This document shows positions 54,755 through 64,000 of a stretch of 64,000 nt of DNA, piece by piece. The stretch covers positions 8,246,001 through 8,310,000 of the forward strand of contig OZ234494.1 of the NCBI GenBank assembly GCA_965153455.1, in the 5' to 3' direction. Source of the DNA: Sphagnum compactum (Eukaryota). The number at the start of each line of letters is the position of its first letter. Within the stretch, counting starts at the first letter, position 1. Made by a program: the position numbers and the translations under genes. Under the pieces are notes generated by a model. The model had not been told where the DNA came from. It ran no database searches and saw only the letters and a program-made list of their open reading frames with translations.

Positions 54755-56479
54755 TCATTGCAATTGCCGAGAGTTTGGTCCTTGCCAACCTCTAAAACAC
54801 ATACGCAGTTTCTCATCATATTCCCAAAGACCAGCCACCCGTTGTCTCCTCAGTTTGTACTCTCTTAAACTGGTCCAATTGTTGTGTAGTACTATGCACC
54901 CTTGTTTGATGCAAGCTTCTCGTACATTGGGTTTCTCCCATAAGCCTCCTGATGCTCCATTGGGGTATTTCTTTCTGTCTAAAAAATACACTGTGACATT
55001 TGTCTCAGGTGACAGGCACTGGTCATCCCCGACAGCATACACTCCATTGAACCCGCACATTGTGTCATAGAAGCTTGGCTGTTCTGACATGTTTGAAGTC
55101 AGTGCATGCTTCACTATTTTCTCAAATGCTGCTATCGTGGCTTTGTCAGACCAAGCAAAGTAGAACCCTGAGTTCAATCTTCGTGGCATATTTGCTCGGT
55201 CTGCAGTAAACCACAAACTTAATCAGCATAAAAAACCTCCCACTATTGCAGGCGAAATTGCAGACCTCTAGATCAGCAGATCAATCACTGGGTGTGGTTT
55301 ATGGTTGACGGTAGATGTGAAGAGCAAGTGCTGAAGTTCAATTACTTACCAGTGTCATTATGCTGGTCACTTTGTGCTACAAGAGTGCCAGGCCCATATG
55401 CCATCATCTCTTTCATGGGGTTCTGGAACAGCAATTACAATGTGTTAGATCTCCATGTAGTTGATATTTTTGTTCACAGGTTTTGTCCCTATCATAATTA
55501 CATTTTGCTATCGAAATCTAAACAAATTTGAGAAGAATGCTTCGGAGTAAGTTCCATAAACCCTAAAACTTAGAATTGAAGTGTTTGACATATGGATCAG
55601 AGTTCTTCACAACGATCAATTTTGTTTCTCATATGTTCAACAGGCTGTTTGCTTTTCAATCCATCATTTTAGGTACATAGATCTGCTGGTGGAGTCTGGC
55701 TTCAGATTTGAAGCGTTTAGGGTTTAGGCATACCTGGAACCAATAAACATCAACATCACTGAAGAGGACATTGTAACCAAGGTGTAGAAGATGCAACACT
55801 GTGCGTGACTTCATCTTTGTCACATTCTGAAAGCACTCTGTTCCAAAGTGGCACTCATCACGGTTCACATTCATACTCTGTGCTGCCTTCACTACCGGTA
55901 ATCCCTGCCCTTCTCCCACCCTTTTGAGATCAGAGGAGGACAAGAAGAAGACTAATTGCTTGAACCATTTGAGATGGAGCCCTAGTAGTACAAAACTTGA
56001 TCAGCATTTTTTTTTGTCATGCATGCATTCTCAAATGTGCTCCTGAATTTTCTTATGGCTTTTTATGCATGAAACCTGCTGTTTGTACATACCTGGAGAA
56101 CAGCAAACTGGTACAGCTCATCATCGAGGGCGAATACAACAAAGTTGGAAATGTTGAGATGATGAAGTCCACAAACCCAACTCATGAGCAAGTCCCGGTA
56201 GCTGTTTCCAACCACTGACAGGACCACAACTTTGTCTGGGCTTGCCATTCTTGCAACTAATGCTTCCAATGAGAAAGGGACCCATAGCTCTGAACTCTTG
56301 AATGCATCCTTTCTCAGAGTCAGTGGGCTGCAGTGGCCTGCTGCTTCACTTTCTGATGCTATTGCTATATGCCTACAATGTCGCTCTTGCAACTTCTTCT
56401 GCTGAAACCACTTTGGTAACCGTGACAAACCTGCGACATTTTCAGAGTCACATCTGAAACTCAGTCTGGAGATTGGACC

Positions 56480-56516
<37 letters not shown>

Positions 56517-58533
56517 CATCAATGCTGAAAGGAGGGGTGCAGGTTTGGAAGTGACTGACTTCAGAGAGAAAGAGAGATTGCATGGAGTAACTGGGTATCT
56601 ATCTCATAAGCTTACCATCTGTCTTCGATCCAGACTTGTGTACTTGTTTTGTTTTTGGTGAGCAAGCTTCAATCACATCTGTGGTGTTGTAGAAACAGAA
56701 TGCCTTCCTCAATGAGTCCTGGCAACTCAGCAATTGCAGGGGTATGCTTGAAGCATTCAATGGTCGGAGATATTGGGAGCCATACTGCAATGCCAGCAGG
56801 GTATTGCCTGATGACTCCCAAGGTCTTCCTGCCATGCCATCACCTGACCAAACCCATATCTTTGAATAATATTTGACACCACAATGCCATGTAGAACATC
56901 ACAGTATGTACCCAACACTGAGAGAACATTACAGTATGCACCACCACTGAGGCCCGAGGGCTTCAGTGTATCGTCATCATCATAGCAACTGAACAGACAT
57001 GATTGTGAAATGGAAGAGAATCACAACCAGTTTGAGAGCTAGACTTTTACCATTTTGGAGTTGGCCTGGCAAATGCTCAGGGGAGAGAAGAGAGAAGGAG
57101 TAACTTGCATCAACAACAGTGCGGAGCTTGAAAGTTAGAGCTTCAGTCAAAAGCCACTCATTGTGTTGCCCACTTCCATACACAAAAGGTGGCATAACCC
57201 CAACGTGAAGTGGAACTTTGCCAGTGTTCCATGCCCAAAGCCTTGGACCCTGGCACTTGAGCCTTTGACCTGTTTCCATTGCATGTGCCTTCACCTGCAA
57301 CAGAAGATCCGATTACTGCAATCATTGGCTTTCCATGGGTATCATTCTCACAAGTGAATTTTTGCAAAAAGGTAAAATCTATTTCCCCCAAACAAACCTC
57401 TTCATCATCAGTGTAGATGCCGTCGCTGCTGCGCACCCACAATTCAGAAGGTCCTTGCAGATCAAATGGGAAAATGCTGGTTGAAATGGGACTGGCAACA
57501 AGCAACCAGTTGCCGCTTGTTGTCCTCATCTTATTGACAGTGAGAGAAAAATCTTGGAGAAGAACTAATATAGGATCTAAAAGCACAACAATCTCGGAAT
57601 CTGAAGCTCTTGCTCGCGCTACCATGCTGTGGAACATTGCAGTACCCATGAACCTGCAAAGACATGATGATGTTATAGCACACATGTTGTAGCTTCAGAA
57701 GGTGTTTCCTTTAAGTGTCCCAATGGCTTGCAACAACATCTGTCTGTCCCATGAAGTTTGTCTTGTGGCCCATGAAGGCTTTTGGGTTTGCACCCCAGTT
57801 CATAGATCTTATGCCTCTTTCGAACGACCTTTGCAGATGGAAGCCACACTTGCAAATACAGGATTGCTGAAAAGATGACAGCAGGTTCTAAAATGATCAA
57901 TTCCATAACTCACATCTTTCGAAAGCTCTTGAAATCATGACAAAACACGAAAGGGTTTCTTTCTTTCAGATGGGGGCTTACGTGAACTCAATGTCTGAGT
58001 CAACAGAAACATGAGGTTGAAGAGAACTAGCGAAGGAGATGATAGAAGGATGCCGACCCATGAGGACCACATTAGGGCACGGCTTCAGTCGCAACCATGA
58101 ATGAATAGCCAACTTCTGCCGCACACTCTCAGTGCCTTCAAAAGGAACTGGAGCTGTGTAGAATGTGATGCCACTCTTTCTGATCTCTGTTTTTCCTGAA
58201 AACCAGCCAGCAATCAAGAGAATAAAATTCACATGGCAGTGTGTCCCTGAGCAAATATGGGTGGTTTTTTCTTTTTAGTAGGCGTACTCCAAGTCTGCTG
58301 ATCCAGACTTTGTGCAGCACACATATACATGATTTAACCCTTCAAGGACAATGTTGAGAGGGGAAGAAAAAACAGAAAACCCCAGTGTAAAGAGTACCTC
58401 CAGGGTGCTGCAATTCTGAGTTTCTTCTCTCCTCCTTTTGCACCGCAGGCAAGAGTTGAGTTGCCTTATGAGATAGGAATAGCATCATGAGACCTGCCAT
58501 ACACATCACCGCTTGCATTGCTTGTGACTCCAT
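54755..58533 (-). CDS. RAY1: Nucleotide-diphospho-sugar transferase (GT77), beta-arabinofuranosyltransferase RAY1-like, ~701 aa, 9 exons
   Basis: Exons 58533-58398, 58195-57982, 57653-57398, 57294-57051, 56843-56616, 56430-56093, 55904-55734, 55422-55350 and 55200-54755 sum to 2106 nt in frame. N-terminal TM anchor plus motifs ITFYTAPVPF..RQKLAIHSWL, SYRDLLMSWVC, CHFGTECFQNVTKMKSR, DxD motif FSDVDVYWF, RRLNSGFYFA, SEQPSFYDTMCG and LHNNW. Start codon uncertain. Confidence 0.88.
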
Positions 58534-61496
58534 ACCTGTCAATCTGCATGGCAACTTCTGACACCCCTAAAAGCAGCAGCAGCAGCAGCTCTCACTCCAG
58601 CTTCATCATCACAATGGAGCAGCTTCCGGAGCTGAAATTCGTTTGTGGGTTGTTCCAGAAACAAAGTCCTCCTCCTTCCTTCATCCCATCAAAGTACCCA
58701 CAAGAAGCGCTACCTTCCAGAAGTCTCAATTCTTTTGCTGTCTTCAGTTCTGAATCTCCACAGCTACCTCCAGCTTGCTCAGATCTGAACAAACCCACCA
58801 CCCAGGAACAATCAAGAATTACAGAAAGATCAAGATCTTTTCATAGAACCGAAAACAAGATCTTTCACAGATTCTTCACAGATTCTTCAAACTGCACACA
58901 GATCCGGAAAAGCGTCTCAGAATCAGACCCCCGCAGAGGCAGTTCCCTTCCCAGGTTTTGGGGAGACCAGATTGTCTGGCGGCATCACTCACCGTGCTTG
59001 CTTGCTTCCTTCACGATTTGCAGCAGCTTTGGTTCCGCAGATTCCACCCCAAGATTCCAGGAACAACCCAGGATTCCGGGAAGCACCAGGGAAGTCTGAA
59101 GGCGATTTGGTCAACGCCTTTGACGGTCATGGGAACACGTTTGCTTTCCTGTCACATCATCCAAAGGTGCCGCCTTTGATGTAGCGTTTTTTTGTTTTTG
59201 GGCGATCCGTAGCCAAAATGGCGATGATCCATAGGAAGATTTAGCCAAATTTGGCTTCGCTACAAGCTACATATGAAAGTGAAAATTTTTAAACATCTTT
59301 CAAAAACTTTGTTTACCCATACTTGAACCAACCATAGGTATATAGCAATGCAATTATTTTTCTTAAAATTTGGTCAAATTTTGGCTATTGAAAAATCTCA
59401 AAAGGCACTTGATTTTAGCACTTTTAAATTTTATAGCCAGCGACAAAAGGTAGATAAAATATTGGAAAAATTTTGTTGAACAGAGAAATTACAACTTAAA
59501 AAATGACATGGTTTTGGACATTTCAATTGCCAAAAGAAAGCAATAAAAGTAGTAAAAATTACTAAATCTACATATTTGGTTTTCAATGTGTAGCCAAAAA
59601 AGAAAAAAGAAAAAAAAGGATGATTAAAGAATTTGTATTTTTTGTATGTTGGCTAAATTTTCCAAGGGATGATTTCCACTTTTTCTACATCTTCCTATGA
59701 ATGAAAAATATGAATCATTTTCTAAATCTTCATATTTGGTCTTCATCCAACAATGGCAATTTTCTAGTCGATATCAAGCAATGGCCTCCATATCATCATA
59801 ATTGTTTTTTATTATAAATACTCGTAAGTGATTATTTTAAATGCAAGTTGACCTAGTTGCAATGTGGAAATAAAAATTAAAAAAAAGGGTTATGCACAAA
59901 AATTAATTGCAAATAAAAGCAACCCTTCCCTCTTGGTTTGAAAGACAAGTTGCCATGTCTATCATGCATGATGTTGACATAGTCCCACCTACATGAACTT
60001 TCATGGATGAAATAAATTGTTTAACAATGTCTCATGGCTGTACTTCATTTCATCTTTGAATGTCCAGTTTAACTGAAATTGAAAACCTGGAAAACAAATT
60101 CATTAATTAATCAAATTATTTTTAAAAAATGCCAATCCAAATGTCAGGCAACATTGGAAAACCTGAGAAAACAAAAAAAAAATTCCTATTTTTTTGAAGA
60201 AAGAGAAAAAAAGCCAATGCGAACCAAAAATATACATAGAACCAAAAAACAAACACCTCTAGTCAAAAATGAGGGGGGCGGAAGTCAAGTGCAACATAGT
60301 CAAATTGAACATGTAATCAAATAAGACCAAAAAAAATAATTTAAAAAATGAAACCTCCAGTCAAAAATGACATAGGTGTTGACAAATAGAACAGGTAGTC
60401 AAGTTAGGCAACATAAAATTTGACAAGCCTTTTGGGGACACATCAGGTTGTTTGCCAGCTTTGTAACAATTCATGCTCCTAGAACTTTGTTGCAACATGC
60501 ATCAAACACCATCACAGTGGGCAGTATTGCCGGTCTGACAGTATTCTACACACTTGTCCAGTGCTGTTTCCAGTGTAGAGGACATCCCAGGTTTGAAATA
60601 TTGCAAGAACAGAAGGTCAAGAGTGTAGGATAAAGAGAAACATGCAAAGCAGGCAAATGCATACATAGAAGTATATATTCAGGAGCTCAATTAATAGCAT
60701 CCTAAAAGATAACACTTTTGAGTCTTTCTCTAGAGAAAGCCAAATCCAACTCCAATGTTACTAACAGGGTAACTTCATTTTATCTTTTTGATGGTGACAG
60801 TGAACTTGCTTTAATGACTGTTCAGTCTTTCTTGTCATGCACGAATAGAGTGACGCCCAACTCCATCAAAATCACCAGTCACACATGTAATAACATGCAC
60901 ACAAATAGCATGAAAGATGAGACTCCATAAAGACCCTTTGGGGATGATCCCTCCAAAATATGTAATTAATGAGGGTCTTTATTGAGCCGCATCAGCTTCA
61001 TTGCAACCAAAACAACCACATCATTGCCCATATTCACTGCCATCCTACTACTCCCATTAGCCTTGAAGGTTGGCTGCTGTCACTAAACCCTAATTTGCAA
61101 AGGAGAGCAGAGATAAGCTCAGTTAAGTGAATTACTTTCCCACCCTGTCTTCCAACATGAAAGCATAACACTTTTTGATGCAAAACCTGGAACCAAATAC
61201 TTGAGCTTGAAATTAGAACTGCACAGTTGTGGACAAAATAATGACCCCTGTTGCCATAAAGCCTTGAACTGCTCGACTTACTGACTTAGATCTAGAGTTT
61301 TAAAACCAACTAGTATCCAGCATAAAAACCAAATTATGCATCCAATTCTTTGCAGAGCTGCAACATAGCACATGAAAGAGAGTTATGTCCCAGTTGTGCA
61401 ACTTCCATTGTATCAAATGATCCCCCAACACAGCCTCCTCTCAAGCAATGAACTCAGAAAATCACAACCATTTTGCCACCACATATCTAAAAAAAT

Positions 61497-63040
61497 TTAA
61501 GCAGCAGCAACAGTAATACGCCCTGCAACTTGATCCAAATCCCGCTGTCCGTTGGAGGTGATGCGCCTTCCCCTGTTTTATTGACAAGTCACCAAGTCAG
61601 TTTCACCTTAAACAATACAAACTGCAATCTGCTGACAATATCAACCATATATAGCAGTCAGGAAACCATTAGCCTGGCTTCTAAGGTGATCGATTCTCTA
61701 AGAAAATCTTAGTAACACAACCAAGCCATATTGCCAGTCATGGAAAAGCATTTACCCCTTAGGATCCTTCTCCACTATGTCCAGCCTCTCTAACTGCTTG
61801 AGACAGTCTCTGGCAATGGAACCACTGCTCTTTGCAAAATGAGATGGTCTCACACCATTACTCTTCCGTCCACCATAGATCTTCCGAAAAGCACCCACTC
61901 CAATTCCCTGCCTCAGATAGATCTTCCGTGCCATAGACGCTTTAAACAAAACCACATGCCAACACTCTGTAAGACCTCCCTTCCAACTGAAATTATCACA
62001 TAATAGCTGATTCTCCAAACTGAACAGCCAACCCCAGAGCAAGTTTCCAGAATAATATATTCATAAGTACTGAGAAAATTTCTCAATGCTTTAGGATTTC
62101 AGTCAACCTGGAAAGAATTGAAGAGATGACATTGACAAAAGCTTATGGATATTTCAGATCTTACAAACAACCCAGTAACAATCAACACGCATGAAAAAGA
62201 AGAACACCCCACTGTAAAGAAAAGATGAAAACAAGAACCACGTGACAGAATTGAGGACATCTTGAACGACAGCAACAATTATACACATCTTCATGGACTT
62301 TCAACAGCAACAATGCATATGGCATTGACCACCTACAATAACATACTTCATCAGTTGTCAGCAATTGGTGTAGTTCAATGTCAAGCATTAAGCAACATAC
62401 TGAGATTCTGTCACAAGGGACGCGGTGAGAACAAAATTCAGCCATCATGCTGGCAAGCTCAAAAACCCTAAAAGAGAAAAAGAAGACCCAAGAAAACCCC
62501 AAAAAGAAAGAGGAACACAGAAAGAGAAAAAGAGGTCAGGAATGGAAGAAGGAAAAACAAACATTAACAAATGAAAAGACCAAAAGCAGAGAGAAGAAAA
62601 GAAGAACTCCGGGACAAGAAGAGAGAATCTTCTCAAATAAAAATCCAATGCCTTGATGAGTATGGGAGTGTGAATTCCAGCAGCATACATACCAGCTCTG
62701 ATGTAGTACCAGTCCCCATCATAAGGAGCCAGCTCTTTGAACGTTGCTGTTTTGACAAGATCGGACCATGCTGGAACCTCAATCTGAAAAGCAGCAGCCG
62801 AAGCACAACAACAAAGACATCAATAAGGGTGTGCTCTGCTCGCTACACCATACCACACATATTGTTCACTATAGAAAACCGCAGCTTGCATGCAGACAGA
62901 CATTTGCGCAGCAGTTTGCATCGACACTGATCTTCGATTTCAACGTGACTGACCTTTCCGGAGCGCTTCAAATGGGCTGCATAAGCACGAACGAAGTCAT
63001 GGGAAGGCACGTCCTTCACTGTCTTAGCGGTACTCGCCAT
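61497..63040 (-). CDS. RPS19: 40S ribosomal protein S19 (eS19), 145 aa, 4 exons
   Basis: Exons 63040-62954, 62783-62693, 61939-61756 and 61572-61497 (438 nt): [80 protein letters not shown]...[23 protein letters not shown]. Confidence 0.97.
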
Positions 63041-63387
63041 CGCTGCTGCTGCTACGGCGGCCGCTTGCACTCTCCTTCTCTTGTCCCACTCGCACTCTCC
63101 AAAAGAAAAGGCATGTGGACTCACAAGCGAGCTTTTAACTCTAACCCTAATCCAGACTACCATCGCACGGCTCTCGTTGAGGCGACTTCCATCCCACGGC
63201 CCAAATTAAAAACTGTCGTGGATCTGGCGGCCATGGCTGTGCAGAAATTAGGGTAGGCGCTAGGGTTCGATCTTGCTTTCGGTCTGTTGAGGTTTGCGAG
63301 CATTTGCTCCTGCGCCATCGTTCCTTGCATTGGTGGCGAAGGAAGGGAAAGAGGAGACGGGGGTGTTGTTGAAGGTTCTATTGCAAG
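63041..63387. promoter_or_regulatory. Shared bidirectional promoter/5'UTR region of RPS19 and RPL36
   Basis: 347 bp between divergent ATGs. Telo-box-like AACCCTAA (63143-63150), TTAGGGT (63248-63254) and TAGGGTT (63261-63267) flank a site-II-like GGCCCA (63198-63203), the motif pair typical of plant ribosomal protein promoters. Confidence 0.75.
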
Positions 63388-63723
63388 ATGGTGGCGGCTG
63401 CTGCAATGGGGAGCGGCATTGCCGTGGGTTTGCACAAGGGTCATGCCGTGACGAAGCGGGAGATGGCCAAAAGGCCGTCGGCTAACAAGGGGAAGCTGGG
63501 CAAACGCACGTCGCTTGTGCGCAAACTGATCAGGGAGGTGGTTGGATTCGCCCCATACGAGAAGAGGATCACGGAGCTACTCAAAGTCGGAAAGGACAAG
63601 CGGGCACTCAAGGTGGCCAAGAAGAAACTGGGCACCCATTTGCGAGCTAAGCGCAAGAGAGAGGAGATGACCACTGTCCTGCGCAAGATGCGTGCCACTG
63701 GTGGCGCTGACAAGAAAAAGTAG
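63388..63723 (+). CDS. RPL36: 60S ribosomal protein L36 (eL36), 111 aa, intronless CDS
   Basis: [15 protein letters not shown]...[61 protein letters not shown] in a single open frame. Confidence 0.97.
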   Translation: MVAAAAMGSGIAVGLHKGHAVTKREMAKRPSANKGKLGKRTSLVRKLIREVVGFAPYEKRITELLKVGKDKRALKVAKKKLGTHLRAKRKREEMTTVLRKMRATGGADKKK

Positions 63724-64000
63724 TGAGCTTTTCTCTTTGGAGGTTTTTGCTGGCGCAGAGAGAGGAGTGGAGCTGCTTTTACTTGCAGCAGAAATTCTTT
63801 ACATTGTAGTTCTTTTCTTCATTGGAGGCATTAGGGTTTCTAAAATGTATGTGCTCTATTCTCTCCTGCGGAGTAGAATATTGATGAGTTTTGGAATGAT
63901 GAGTTTTGCTTAGGGTTTGCTATGATTTCACAATCTCTGAGTTAACAATCTTGAACATTCTTCTTCCAGGATTTGCATGTTTTTGGATGTTGGAATATCA

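Noticed and set aside
56482..56515. (CA)n tract, plus GA/TA/G microsatellites at ~4510, 22165, 29318, 38665 and 47098
   Set aside because: Ordinary simple repeats; ORFs such as MCVCVCV and HTHTHT are artefacts.
60925..60985. Small hairpin (taaagaccct...agggtctttta) as a miRNA precursor or terminator
   Set aside because: The stem is short and imperfect, with no other support.
61940..62692. Intronic snoRNA in RPS19 intron 2
   Set aside because: No convincing paired C/D boxes with terminal stem or H/ACA structure by eye; an Infernal/Rfam scan would be needed.
63157..63713. Minus-strand ORFs overlapping RPL36 and its promoter
   Set aside because: Antisense shadows in GC-rich sequence with no family signal.

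Overview
Eukaryotic nuclear DNA from a land plant, most likely a bryophyte. A Sphagnum-type moss is an inference from the repeat landscape, the AT-rich intergenic DNA and a moss-like mitochondrial ccmFN fragment. Six host genes are supported. (1) A large plant-specific coiled-coil protein on the minus strand that runs off the left edge. (2) A 4-exon class-3 lipase. (3) A full-length 12-exon ABCB/P-glycoprotein transporter with two consecutive GC-AG introns. (4) A 9-exon RAY1-like GT77 arabinofuranosyltransferase. (5, 6) A head-to-head pair, RPS19 (4 exons) and RPL36 (intronless), with about 350 bp between start codons. The intergenic DNA holds decayed transposons (hAT, Tigger/pogo-like, Harbinger ORF1, an LTR fragment, several MITEs) and a mitochondrial ccmFN insertion. 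The most structured unexplained region is about 9.3-15.6 kb. It looks like one large decayed DNA transposon: a Cys-rich (Sola2-like) transposase remnant split by a repeat-filled intron, a convergent second ORF remnant of unknown family, and a ~55-bp subterminal tandem array with trimeric higher-order structure. No CRISPR array, tRNA or rRNA was found. All family assignments come from motif recognition; no database searches were run.
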